This document shows, in pieces, positions 36,669 through 50,153 of a DNA stretch of 64,000 nucleotides. The DNA is taken from contig NC_043014.1 in NCBI RefSeq assembly GCF_006345805.1, positions 43,462,001 through 43,526,000 on the forward strand, given 5' to 3'. The notes under the pieces were generated by a model. That model saw nothing but the letters and a program-made list of their open reading frames with translations, ran no database searches and was not told the DNA's origin. The DNA is from Octopus sinensis. Lineage: Eukaryota. The stretch's first letter is position 1. Every line of letters starts with the position of its first letter. Position numbers and translations under genes: made by a program.

Positions 36669-37289
36669 TTTTTAGAGCACAGTGTTAGTGCTTTGGATGT
36701 ATAATTATCGAATGATTGATTGGATAAAACGTTGGACTCTGACTTTGTGAGTTCCAAGTTCAAATGTGATGGAGGTGTTGTTTTATGGTGTTTCAATTCA
36801 AATACTTTTATTCTCTACAATTAGCTACTAATTTTCTGTGTATGAGTTTTTCTTCATTTTTTTTCTTTCTTCTTTCGTTCTCTTAGCAGTATGGAAACTG
36901 ATATTGAGCCATTGCTACCCCCATAGAATATTGCGTTTTGTGAAGAAAAAATTTAATAGAAATAAGATCACCGTTATAGGTGCAGGATTGGCTGTGTAGT
37001 AAGTAGCTTGCTTGCCAACCACATGGTTCTGGGTTCAGTCCCACTGCGTGGCACCTTGGGCAATTGTCTTCTACTTTCTACTATAGCCTCGGGCCGGCCA
37101 AAGCCTTGTGAGTGGATTTGGTAGATGGAAACTGAAAGAAGCCTGTTTTATATATGTATATGTGTGTGTTTGTCCCCTCTGCATTGCTTGACAACAGATG
37201 CTGGTGTGTTTACGTCCCCGTAACTTAGCGGTTAGACAAAAGAGGCCGATAGAATAAGTACTAAGCTTACAAAGAATGAATCTTGGGGC

Positions 37290-37603
37290 CCATGGGATTG
37301 CATCTAGAAAGTTCCCCTCTAAGGTACAAGTTTGAGCAAGGCTATTTATAGAATACCAGCAGCCGCCCATGCATACCAGCCTTCCCGTTCCATGCCACCG
37401 ATGTTATCCAAGGGAAAGGCAAAGGGGCCGATACGGCTTGGCACCAGTGACATCATAACTCGTTTCTACAGCTGAGTGAACTGGAGCAATGTGAAATAAG
37501 GTGTCTTGCTCAAGAACACAACACACAGCCCGGTCCATGAATCGAACTCACTACCTTATGATTGTGAGCCTGATGCTCTAACCACTGAGCCATGAGTCTT
37601 CAC
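37290..37603 (-). mobile_element. tRNA-derived SINE (family H)
   Basis: Minus strand TGGCTCAGTGG A box, GAGTTCGATTC B box, gttcttgagcaagacacctt core. Confidence 0.8.
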
Positions 37604-37604
37604 A

Positions 37605-37985
<381 letters not shown>

Positions 37986-39060
37986 ACATATATTTAGTGT
38001 GTTGTGAGACGATTCTTGAATAAGCAAAATAAAATCTTTGCCATTACCAAAACCAAAATGAGTAGATGGCATCATGGTTGACATTTTTTTTATTATTTTT
38101 AAAAAATTTGTTTTTTTGTCTTTAACACCACCGCTGCCACGTCCATTCCACCAAGCACCACTGTATAAGCCATAATATTGAAAAATGGGATTTGGTTAGA
38201 AACAAAAAAAATTTTGACAGAATTAATGTTTTTATGCGGGGTGAAAGTGTCATCTATCACATGTGCCTAGTCATGCTTGGCGAATGCTACTTAGAAGATA
38301 TAGTAAAAAAAAAAGAAAACAAAACAAAAACAAAAGAAATGAGAGTAAAACTGACTAAGCAGTTATCATGGGTGGTTGCTAACACGAAGCGATATGACTC
38401 ACATATACGATACCAATCAGCCAACTAAAACGCTTAATCCCAATCAAAACAGTTTTGGTTACCCAAGTGTTAAAATTCTGTTCTAGATTTCAATTTATCA
38501 TAGTTGACTTGGTCGGACTTTTGATCCACTGATGAAAGTTGAGTAACCATCTTGATATGGTTGCATCAGAAGCCCATTTGGGATATAAGAGAGAACACAC
38601 TCCTGAACAATGGCAAATTGTTTTTGTATCATATTTCTTGGACAGTTCTTGCCTTCTTGTCAAAGAAGAAATCTTCTACTAAATTATTTCTCCACTTCTC
38701 TCTGTGCAGTCAGTTGAAGGGTTTCCATTATATGAGCTGAATTGCAACATTAAGGGGAAATACAGGCTGCGATAAACAGTAGGAAATAGATATGAAATTT
38801 AAGATAGTGGAACGGTAATTTTCTTTTTTTTCTTTTACGTTTCCCCTCCCTCTCCTTTTCTCTTTTTATCTATTTATTTTTGACGAAAGAGGTCTACGGT
38901 GGCTAAAGTGTTCAAGTGTATGGCTAATAATCTAAACTGAAAGATTTATTCCAATTGAGTCTACTGTAGCATGATAGCAGTAGGATTGGTAAAGCAAGGC
39001 CTTGATATGAATGCTTCTAATATGACACCGACCCGTACGTAGGAAGCCCTGACCTCGACG

Positions 39061-39908
39061 AAACATGCTAACAAATCATGTCCACTATATCGACAAATAC
39101 AGGTGTATCAGATACCGTACATCATCATTTTTTTTGATTTATTAAAATCATCTTCACCTCTAGGAAAAGTACCGTAATTATTAAATGGCAATAAAGACCA
39201 GCTCCTCTTGAATGGGAAACAATATCAAGATTCAAGAAGTCTCCAAAGCTGATATGCCCCGAAGGAAAAAGACAAACAGGCTAACAAATCATGTCCACTA
39301 TATCGACAAATACAGGTGTATCAGATACCGTACATCATAATTTTTTTTGATTTATTAAAATCATCTTCACCTCTAGAAAAAGTACTGTAATTATTAAACG
39401 GCAATAAAGACCAGCTCCTCTTGAAAGGGAAGCAATATCAAGATTCAATGAGTCGGATCTTTTCGGTTTGAACGGCAATTTTTTCTAGCGGTGTCATATG
39501 AAATTGTCACCCATAATTATGACCCTAGTATCTATTGCATTTCAATCTGTTTTAGGGTTAGGGGTGGGGGGAAGGGTATCTTTTGTTCTTCACAAATGTA
39601 AATAAACCCAATCTGTTTGTTAAATGAGGGACATATTCATATAGCACAGAATGATTTTTACCTCAATAGATGTCACTGATTGGTTGAAATTGCAGAAATT
39701 GAAGAAAAAAAACAACAAATATCTTACAAAACTATAGAATTTTCTCAATAAAGCCAAGAGAAAAAGATGTTTTATAAACACATTCTACCAGTATACGAAG
39801 TTTAAAATTTTTTAGTTATGTAGAAATTATGTTAAAAACTGCTGTTCAAACCGAAAAGATCCAAGAAGTCTCCAGAGCTGATATGCCCTGGAAGAAAAAA
39901 AACAAACT
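39061..39908. repeat. 213-bp tandem duplication; the second unit carries a MITE insertion
   Basis: aaaca(t/g)gctaacaaatcatgtcc at 39061 and 39274. Confidence 0.92.
39455..39862. mobile_element. Merlin-like MITE (opposite orientation to the other two copies)
   Basis: Same TIRs; TSD aatgagtc 39447-54 / aagaagtc 39863-70; empty site aagaagtc at 39234-41. Confidence 0.88.
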
Positions 39909-40322
39909 TATTTTATTGTCTAGAGATAAGAGGAGGGTTGTAGATACGGGTTTCTGACTCAATTACTGTCATCAGTATAACAATTGCTTGGCCTTATTTC
40001 CAGTGGCCAAGTGACACGCAGAGATTTATACAGAAGAGAGCAGAATGCATTTAAACTGTACTGCTATTGTTTTTTGGATTGGTGAGGTGAGCTATAATCC
40101 TTGATACCGATTTGATCTCAGAGAAGTGGTGAGCCAGCATGCAGTAAAATGTCAACAGCTCTGTGCTCAGAGTGTAACAGAAATGGCTGACCCTTCAGCT
40201 AATAATCAGACGAGTTTCAGTTTAATTAACAGGAATTAAATGGAGACATTGACATTTGGGACAGAGAAATAGTGTTGTGGTTTTTGTGTTTGCTTTTGTT
40301 CTTTTAATAGTGTTTATTAATA

Positions 40323-40369
<47 letters not shown>

Positions 40370-40394
40370 GTTGTTTTTATTATTATTATTTTTG

Positions 40395-40432
<38 letters not shown>

Positions 40433-41694
40433 GTTGTTTTTATTATTATTATTTTTGTTTTTATTATTGTTTTTATTATTATTATTATATTATTATTATT
40501 ATTATTATTATGTCAAGGTTGACTTTGCCTCTCATCCTTTCGGGGTCAATGAAATAAGTACCAGTTAAACACTGGGGTTGATGTAATCGACTAGCCCCCT
40601 CCCCGCATAGAATAAGTACTAGGCTTACAAAGAATAAGTCCTGGGTCAATTTATTTGACTAAAAAGCAGTGCTCCAGCATGGCCACGGTCAGATGCCGAA
40701 AACAAATAAAAGAGTATATATATATATATTATATATATCAGATCAGTTCCAGAGTAGAAACTAGTATTTCTGTACTAATGACAATGTTCTTTATCAATTT
40801 AGACCAATGATGCATGTATGACAACTGAAAGATCTCGTTAATCTGTTGATGAAGTTAACGAGCAGGTATGTGTATGTGTGTGTGTGTGTGTGTGTGTGTA
40901 AATCATAATTCTTCTCAATGTAAATTTGGGGGAACCTGACCTGTATAATTACTGAGAGGTGAGATTAATTTGATCAGAAGTATCATTTATTATTATGATT
41001 CGATACAATTAGTCTGTGTTAGCTGGCAGAGAAAGATCTTGTAATTGTTATGCAATTGTAATCAATTTAGGTTCAATCCCCCATAGGAAAGGACACCTTT
41101 TTTTCTTTTTTGTTTTGAAAATTTTTATTTTTTAATATTTAATTTTTTTTTTGTTATTTTTTTATATTTTACCATCATCAGTCGGATAGCAATTGAAGAT
41201 AATTCTTGGCCAATGTCATCTCTCTCTCTCTTTGTTCCATCTTCCCGCTGACTAGTGTGGGTAGGTGCAGGGTGAAGTGAGAATTATGTGAATTGGTCAC
41301 ATTTATAAGCTGTCATGTTTATTGGCTGATAAAGTAGATACCAAAAAAAAAAAATATTTCAAAAAATAAAAATTGCCCCCCCCCCCCATCACCAAAAAAA
41401 AACAAAAAACTCTGACCTGGCTTTCATTATTTAAGATAAGTCATCCTGCATATATTGCAAATTGTTAGCGTTGGCTGTGACGGCAGCAGCGAGGATTAAT
41501 AGATTACCGATTCTGGTGTATTTCGTTCCTTTTTCTTGTTTTTTTTCTTCTTTTTTTTTTCTTTTTAGTTTTTGCAGCAAAAATAAAAAATACAAAAAAA
41601 AGATACATAAAAAAAACAACAGAACAAAAGTTAAATATGCATCAGTAGACATCCAAATTGCCTTCTATTCCTCTAACCTTTTGGTATAAATTGT

Positions 41695-42000
41695 GATGGT
41701 GGCAGTAGTAGTTGTGGTGGTGGTGGTGGTGGTGTGGTGGTGGTGGTGGTGGTGGTGGTGGTTGTGGTGGTGGTGGTGGTGGTGGTGGTGGTGGTGGTTG
41801 TGGTGGTGTGGTGGTGGTGGTGGTGGTGGTGGTGGTGGTGTGTGGTGGTGGTGGTGGTGGTGGTGGTGTGGTGGTGGTGGTGGTGGTGGTGGTGGTGTTG
41901 TGGTTGTGGTGGTGTGGTGGTGGTGGTGGTGGTGGTGGTGGTGGTGGTGGTGGTGGTGGTGGTGGTGGTGGTGTTGTGGTGGTGGTGGTGGTGGTGGTGG
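41695..42000. repeat. (GGT)n microsatellite, ~300 bp
   Basis: Direct reading. Confidence 0.95.
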
Positions 42001-42199
42001 TTCATTGTTCTCTTTTCCATACCGAGTTTAGTTGCTGTTAATTTTTCTGTCAGAGCAGCAGGATATTATAACTGCTTTGGGATTTATATAAATTCTCCAT
42101 TTGAGATAATTGTCGCTGCTGCACTTAAGTGCGTGCAGCAGCATAGTCTTCTTAATTCTGGGATTCAGCAATTATGATTTTGTTCTAGCTGAGCTCTAA

Positions 42200-42700
42200 A
42201 TGGGATGAGGAGAGGCTCTCCGCATAGTTACTCATCCTGCTAAAAATAATAGTCAAATCTCCCTCAAATCACAGTGTACCATCTTAAAAAAATGATACTC
42301 TGGATGATGTATTTTTTCTCTAAAGTATACTGTCTTTTTCTGACATACATTGTCTTTTTCTTAGGTACACTTTGTCTTTTTCTAATGTACACTGTATCTT
42401 TCTTTGAGGTACACTATTTTCCTTTGAGGTACACTGTATCTTTCTTTGAGATACACTGTATCTTTCTTTGAGGTACACTGTATCTTTTTTTGAGGTACAC
42501 TGTATCTTTCTTTGAGGTACACTATCTGTCTTTGAGGCACACTGTATCTTTCTTTGAGGTACACTGTTTCATTCTTTGAGGTACACTGCATCTTCTTGTG
42601 AGGTACATTGCATCTTCTGAGGTATGCTGCATTCTCATCCGAGATACAAAGCATCTTCTTCCAAGCTACACTGCTGCACCTTCCAAAGTACACTGCATCT
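42200..42700. mobile_element. ~500-bp insert flanked by 17-bp direct repeat TTCTAGCTGAGCTCTAA and containing a 22-bp minisatellite
   Basis: Direct repeats at 42183-99 and 42701-17; unit tgaggtacactgtatctttctt over ~42330-42700. Confidence 0.7.
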
Positions 42701-42949
42701 TTCTAGCTGAGCTCTAACATCAGGAAATGGTTGTCTTAAGAGAGAAACTGGAATGTGTATTTCTCTTTTCTTTTTTAATAATGAAGTCACATGGTCCAGT
42801 GGTCAAGGAGTTGCGGTACATGGTCATAAAACTTGCGAGTTCAATTTCTGGGCTGGGAGTAAGTACATTATGTCCTTGAGCAAGAGACTTCATTTTTCAT
42901 GTTGTTCCAATCTCCTCAGCTGAAAACGAGTACCAGCTGGATGCTGGCG

Positions 42950-43064
42950 CATCTCTCTCTCTTTCTCTCTTCTATTCTATCTCCTCTCTCTCTACTTTCT
43001 TTTTCTCTGTCTCTCCTCTCTCCCTATCTCCCCTTTCTGTTTTTCTCTCCTCCCACCCCTCTCA

Positions 43065-43095
<31 letters not shown>

Positions 43096-43395
43096 CACTC
43101 TCTACTTTCTTTCTCTCTTTCTGTCCCTACTCTCTTTCCTGTCTCTCCTCTCTCCCTATCTCCCCTTTCTGTTTTTCTCCCCCCCCCCTCTCTCTCTCCC
43201 TCTCTCTCTCTCTCCCTCCTCTCTCTCTCTCTCCCTCTCTCCACTCTCTACTTTCTTTCTCTCTTCTCTCTCCCTATCTCTCCTTTCTGTTTTTCTCTCC
43301 CCTCTCCCCTCTCTGTAACTAACTAACTAACTCACATCTCTGATGTTCTGCTGGAGTCCAAGGTGGGAGTCCAAGGTGGGAGTCCAAGGTGGGAG
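42950..43395. repeat. CT-rich tract with internal duplications, then a 13-bp minisatellite (ggagtccaaggtg)x4
   Basis: Direct reading. Confidence 0.9.
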
Positions 43396-43819
43396 TCCAA
43401 GGTGGGAGTGCTTAAAGAGTGTCCAAGTCTCTTCATGACTATACAAGCACCTAAAACAATTAGCAAAAGCATATTACATACTACCAAGATCATATTCACT
43501 TTCAAGTGACAGCTTTATTCTCTATAATACCGAGGGCACCGTAAATGTGTTTTGAGATAACATTTCCGCATCAGCCAATTGCAATTCCACTGTGTAACGA
43601 AGATTTTTCTCACCTCTCATTAATTTAACATATAAGATAATTAATTGATTAATTAATTATTGCAGCAAGGCCATAAATTTTGAGAAAAGGTTATAGTTGA
43701 TTAAAATTGACTGGTACTGTATTTTATTATTATTATTATGGAGAATGATGAAATTGCAAAGTTAATCTCGGTGTTAGAAGTACTAAAAAAGTATTTGAAA
43801 GTATACTATGATGTAATGG

Positions 43820-44445
43820 TAAGGCGGCAAGCTGGCAGAAACGTTAGCACGCCGGGCGAAATGCTTAGCGGTATTTCGTCTGCCACTACGTTCTGAGTTC
43901 AAATTCTGCTGAGGTCGACTTTGCCTTTTGTCCTTTCGGGGTCGATTAAATAAGTGCCAGTTACCCACTGGGGTCGATGTAATCGACTTAATCCGTTTGT
44001 CTGTCCTTGTTTGTCCCCTCTATGTTTAGCCCCTTGTGGGCAATAAAGAAATAAGAATTGTTATCCTGCCGGGCGAAATGCTTAGCGGTATTTCGTCTGC
44101 CGCTACGTTCTGAGTTCAAATTCTGCCGAATTGACTTTGCCTTTCATCCTTTCAGGGTTGATTAAATAAGTGCCAGTTAAGCACTGGGGTCGATATAATT
44201 GACCTAATCCATTTGTCTGTCCTCTGTATTTAGCCCCTTGTGGGTAGTAAAGAAATAGGTATTTCGTCTGCCGCTATGTTCTGAGTTCAAATTCTGCCGA
44301 GGTAGACTTTGCCTTTCATCCTTTCGGGGTCGATTAAATAAGTACCAGTTACACACTGGGGTCGATATAATTGACTTATCCTTTTATCTGTCCTTGTTTG
44401 TCCTCGCTGTGTGTAGCCCCTTGTGGGCAGTAAAGAAATAAGAAG
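43820..44445 (+). mobile_element. SINE family A head-to-tail trimer
   Basis: Three successive gagttcaaattc...taaagaaata units. Confidence 0.9.
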
Positions 44446-44554
44446 TACTATCAAAGTAGACACTGGAGTATGATACAGTCGTCCAGCTTGTCAAATTCTG
44501 TCAAAATGTCCAATCCTTACCAGTATACAAACCAGACGTCAAATAATAATGATG

Positions 44555-45888
44555 GCGTGGCTGTGTGGTAAGAAGCGTGCTTCCCAACCACATGGTTCTG
44601 GGTTCAGTTCCACTGCATGGCACTTTGGACAAGTGTCTTCTACTATAGCGTCAGGCCGACCAAAGCCTTGTGAGTGGATTTGGTAGAAGGAAACTGAAAG
44701 AAGCCCAACATATATGTGTGTGTATGTGTTTGTCCTTGTCCTCCCACCATCGCTTGATAACCAATGTTGGTGTATTTATGTCCCTGTAACTTAGTGGTTC
44801 AGCAAAAGACACCGATAGAATAAGTACTAGGCTTACAAAGAATAAATCCTGGGGTTCATTTGTTCTACTAAAAGCAGTGCTCCTGCATGGCCACAGTCAA
44901 ATGACTGACACAAGTAAAAGAGTTAAAGAGAATATATGACTGTACTGGTATGGCTATGTGGTAATAAGTTTGCTTCCTAACCACATGGTTCTGGGTTCAG
45001 TCCCACTGTGTGACACATTAGGGAAGCATCTGCTATTGTCTTAGACTGACCTAAGCTTTGTGAATGGATTTGGTAGACGGAAACTGAAAGAAACCTGTTG
45101 TATATGTATATATATGTATGTATGTGTCTGTGTGTCTTTGTATCTGTGTTTGTCCCCCATCACCGCTTGACAATTGGTGTTGTTTTGTTTACATCCCTGT
45201 AACATAGTACTTTAGCAAAAGAGATTGGTAGAATTAGTTCCAGGTTTTAAAAAAATGTACTGAGGTCAATTCATTTAACTAAAATTTCTCTAAGACAGTG
45301 CTCCAGCATGACCACAGTCTAAGGACTGAAACAAGTAAAAATTATATCAGTCATTACATTCCAGTTGCCTCTTTTACTTGTTTCAGTCATTTGACTGTGG
45401 CCATGCTGGAGGACTGCCTTTAGTTGAGCAAATCGACCCCAGGACTTATTCTTTGGAAGCCTAGTACTTATTCTATTAGTAGCTTTTGCTGAACCACTGA
45501 GTTACAAGGACGTAAGCACACCAGCATCGGCTGTCAAGCAATGTTGGTGGGGACAAGCACTGACACACAAACACACGCATACACGATAGGCTTCTTTCAG
45601 TTTCCATCTACCAAATCCACTCACATGGCTTTGGTCAGCCCACCAGCATCGGCTGTCAAACATACACACAACATACACACACATACACACAAACATACAC
45701 GCACACACACACACACACACATATATACACGATAGGCTTCTTTCAGTTTCCATCTACCAAATCCACTCACAAGGCTTTGGTCAGCCTGTGGCTATAGTAG
45801 AAGACACTTGCCTTAGTGCCACACAGTAGGACTGAACCCGGAATCATGTGGTTGGTAAGCAAGCTACCTAGCGCACCGCCACCCCTGT
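44555..45888. mobile_element. Cluster of three SINE-B copies (+ 44555-44930, + 44948-45340, - 45370-45888)
   Basis: Family motifs; the minus copy has an internal duplication (~45530-45770). Confidence 0.87.
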
Positions 45889-48214
45889 AACCAAATGCTA
45901 TTCAGGGGTACATTCTAGGTAAACATCCAATTGATTCTGTATAATTTTTTTTATGCAGTGTGAATGTTAATTGCCTCTCACTACCCTCATCTCCCCCTCC
46001 ATTAAATATTACAATGATTGCATAGATTTTTTTTTACTGATTAAGAAGTTAATTAGATTATTAACGTTGGCAAATGGATTTTCTTATCTCATGACATTAT
46101 AATTTGTTCACTTCCACCCACCTGCCTGCTCTCCCACCTTCCAGTTTTAATTTCAATAAGTCTTTTGAGAACATTCGTTGTAAAACATGAAGTGTTTTAA
46201 TTTTCCTCACCAACATTTTCCTAACTCTTTTCACACTTTTACTATTTACTTGGCCGAGCGCCAGCATTGTGCATTTGTGTTTGTGTCACTGCGAGAGAGA
46301 GAGTTCTGACTGCTCTCATTACAATTACTTCCATATCCGTTGCAACGCTTTAAAAATATCACGTCTTTCGTCTCTGTTTGCCATTCTCGATGCTTTTATA
46401 ACCAGAGTGTTGGTTAGTCAATAAATTTTGTTTACATTCACCATGAAGATTGAAGTTGGCTTTTATGTAATATTCTTTGTAGCGCCGCCAGTCTAGAGAT
46501 TGTTTATTTGTTTGTTATCATATTCTGTTTGTCTTTTTATAGATTTTTGAAATATTAGTTGCTCTGTTATCTGTCTACTCAGATTTGGTAAGAGAATTAT
46601 TTCGCAATAAAATAGTGAGGGCTTTACAAATAGACTAAGACAGTATGTCAGATTTTAATTTTTGTTTTGTTTTGTTTTGTTTTTTTTGTTTTGTTCTATT
46701 TATTTTGTTCACCTCACATGGAATATTATCAAAACATAAAAACCGTTTCCCTTTGTGTGATGCAAACGACCTAACTGCAATGTAATTTCTCATTTGAAAA
46801 ACAAAAACAATGTCCCTGAAAATACACTTTTTTTTTAAGGGCATTGTATTATAATTATAACCGCACAGGCATGGTGCAGGCACATGGCTTAGTGGTTAGA
46901 ACAGCAGACTCGCGGTCGAGGGATTGCAGGTTTGAATCTCAGACCAGGCGATGTGTGTGTTTACGAGCAAAAAAAACCTAAGCTCCATGCGACTCCGGCA
47001 GAAGGTAATGGTGAACTTCTGCTGACTCTTTTGCCACAACTTTCTCTCACTCTTTCCTCCTGCATCTTGCAGCTCACCTGCGACGGACAGATTTTAAAAA
47101 TATGAGACAGAAAGGCAGACTTTGAGTTGAGGGGTCATGTCATTGATGAGGTTGCGAATGATAGTCATCAGCATTTAACATCCTTTTCTTCCATGTTGTC
47201 ATGGGTTGCATGGTTTGACTAGAACAGATGAGCCAGGGGCCTCCACCAGGTTCTGTGTCTGCTTTGACATGGTTTCTACAGCTGGGTGCCCTTCCTAATG
47301 CCAACTCTCTTAACTATAGAGTCAAGTTGAGTGTTGGATACCATGCGACGCATGTAGCACCATTTGAACTTACAGATCCTGTAGTGGCTCCCTACTTCCG
47401 CAAATATATATTTATCGTGTCTGTGCGTATGTACAGTCAGACATTCTTCTCAAAGTTTTGACTGCTATGCTAAAGAAGTAAACCAAAACTATATAAATAC
47501 CCGCCCCTCATCTGGCTCATCGTATGTTATATGCCAGGATAGTTTCCTGAAATTAAAAACAACTCTGACTTCATTTTATTTGCTTATTTTCACAAATATC
47601 TTATGATACAAACCTCTTCACCATTTGCTTTCAGTTATAAGGACATTTTTAATTACTGTGATTTTACTTTTTTTTTTTTTTTTTTTTTTTTGCAAACTTA
47701 AATTTTATATTATTTTAAGCAATTAGGCCTCCGATTTCGGAGTTTATTATTTATTATCTTACTTTGCAAGTTGTTGTTGTCGTTGTTGTAGGGTGGAGTC
47801 TTTTGAGAATTTAGTTTTAAGGTTAGATATATAACTAAGAAATATTTTCTGAGTCATCATGTTTGAATTTATCTGAATCTTTTCACAAAATATAATACCC
47901 ATGCTATAATCTCATTTTCTTACACGTTCTTCTGTTCGTTTTTGTTAATTGCTTTCACATTTAATTTAAACTCACATTGTCGTCATTCAACATCCACTTT
48001 TCCCTGCTTGCATGGGCAAGACAGAGCTTGTTAAAGCAAATTTTCTACAGCTGGATGCCCTTCCTGTCGCGAACCCTACCACTTGTTTCAAAGCAAAGTA
48101 ATACTTCGCTATGGAAGACAGAAAATGAACAACCTCGCTTGTATGACAGTGATGCACATTTACAGACATTACATGATGTCTAGTCATGGGTACACACACA
48201 CACACACACACACG

Positions 48215-48845
48215 ACTTTGCCTTTCATCCTTTCGGGGTCGATTAAATAAGTACCAGTTATGCACTGGGGTCGATATAATAAACTTAATCTGTTTGTCTG
48301 TTCTTGTTTGTCCTCTCTGTGTTTAGCCCCTTGTGGGTAGTAAAGAAATAGGTATTTTGTCTGCTGCTGCATTCTGTGTTCAAATTCTGCCGAGGTCGAC
48401 TTTGCCTTTCATCCTCTCGGGGTCAATAAATTAAGTAGCAGTTATACACTGGGTTCGATATAATCGACTCAATCTGTTTGTCCTCTCTGTGTTTAGCCCC
48501 TTGTGGGTAGTAAAGAAATAGGTATTTTGTCTGCTGCTGCATTCTGTGTTCAAATTCTGCCGAGGTCGACTTTGCCTTTCATCCTCTCGGGGTCAATAAA
48601 TTAAGTAGCAGTTATACACTGGGTTCGATATAATCGACTCAATCTGTTTGTCCTCTCTGTGTTTAGCCCCTTGTGGGTAGTAAAGAAATAGGTATTTTGT
48701 CCGTCTTTATGTTCTGAGTTCAAATAACACCAAGGTCGACTTTGCCTTTCATCCTTTCAGGGTCGATAAATTAAGTACCAGTTACGCACTGGGGTTGATG
48801 TAATTAACTAGTCCCTTCCCACAAAATTTCAGGCCTTGTGTTTTT
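48215..48845 (+). mobile_element. SINE family A tandem array including two identical 170-bp units
   Basis: 48311-48480 reads identical to 48481-48650. Confidence 0.92.
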
Positions 48846-49201
48846 AGTGAAAATGATTAGTATTTTATGCTTGTTTTCCTATGCCAGTATGGGTTAGGCA
48901 TCTCTACTTCAGCACAGCATCTCACCACTTATTTATCATCAGTTCCTCGACGTCTCCTTCACAACCTCAGATTATTAGCCTCTTCCATTTCTTTCTCACT
49001 CTTCCTCTTCTGCAGGCTTCTTCTACTTTCTACTTTTGATCACTTGACACTTCTTCCCCCAACTGTCATCTTTGCATTCTACGCATTGCATCCATATCAG
49101 TGCAGTCCTGTCTGTTGCACACTACAACTGATTCTTATTATAAATAAGTTTACTTTCAGTCTGTTTGTACTATTAATTACACATGTTAATAATGTAAATT
49201 C

Positions 49202-49622
49202 GGATCTTTTCGGTTTGAACGGCAGTTTTTAAAAATAATTTCCACGTAACTAAACACTTTTAAACTTCGTATACTGGTAGGATGTGTTTATAAAACATCT
49301 TTTTAACTTGGCTTTAATGAGAAAATTCTATAGTTTCTAAGATATTTGTTGTTTTTTTTTTCTTCGATTTCTGCAATTTCAACCAATCAATGACGTCTAT
49401 TGAGGTTAAAAAAAAAAAACATTCTGTGCCGTATGAATATGTCTCCCGTTTAAGAAACAGACTGGGTTTATTTACATTTGTGAAGAAAAAAGATACCCTT
49501 CCCCCCACCCCTAACCCTAAAAACAGATTGAAATGCAATAGATTGATACTAGGGTCATAATTATGGGTGACAATTTCATAAGACACCGCTAGAAAAAACT
49601 GCCGTTCAAACCAAAAAGATCC
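49202..49622. mobile_element. Merlin-like MITE with perfect 8-bp TSD GTAAATTC
   Basis: TSD at 49194-49201 and 49623-30; ~29-bp TIR with one mismatch. Confidence 0.9.
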
Positions 49623-49805
49623 GTAAATTCTACACACCCAATTTTCCAATAGTGTCATGATTCACAGCTTCAACAGGAACTGGTAGAAATACCAAAACAG
49701 GGTGGATTGCAGTATTATGTTTTGTTTTGGGAAGCATACTTTATCTTTCTGATAAGGAACATGGGTGCTAGAATCTCTAAAAGTTTAAAAAATGAAAATG
49801 TTCAT

Positions 49806-50119
49806 AGGTGCAGGAGTGGCTGTGTGGTAAGTAGCTTGCTTACCAACCACATGATTCCAGGTTCAGTCCCACTGCGTGGCACCCTGGGCTTACCAAAGCT
49901 GTGTGAGAGGATTTGGTAGATGGAAACTGAAAGAATCTTTGTCATACATTGTTAGCCACTACACACATTTTTTTCTCTCCTTGTTTTTTCTGTGTCCCTT
50001 TCTGTAGAAGAGCGTAGGCTCGAAACGTAAAAGACTTTTTCTGTTCCTGAGCGTTATACTAATACATCTGTTTGTTTTGTACACCACCTGTCTTCGTCTT
50101 TTGTTTTTTCGTAAACTCT

Positions 50120-50153
<34 letters not shown>

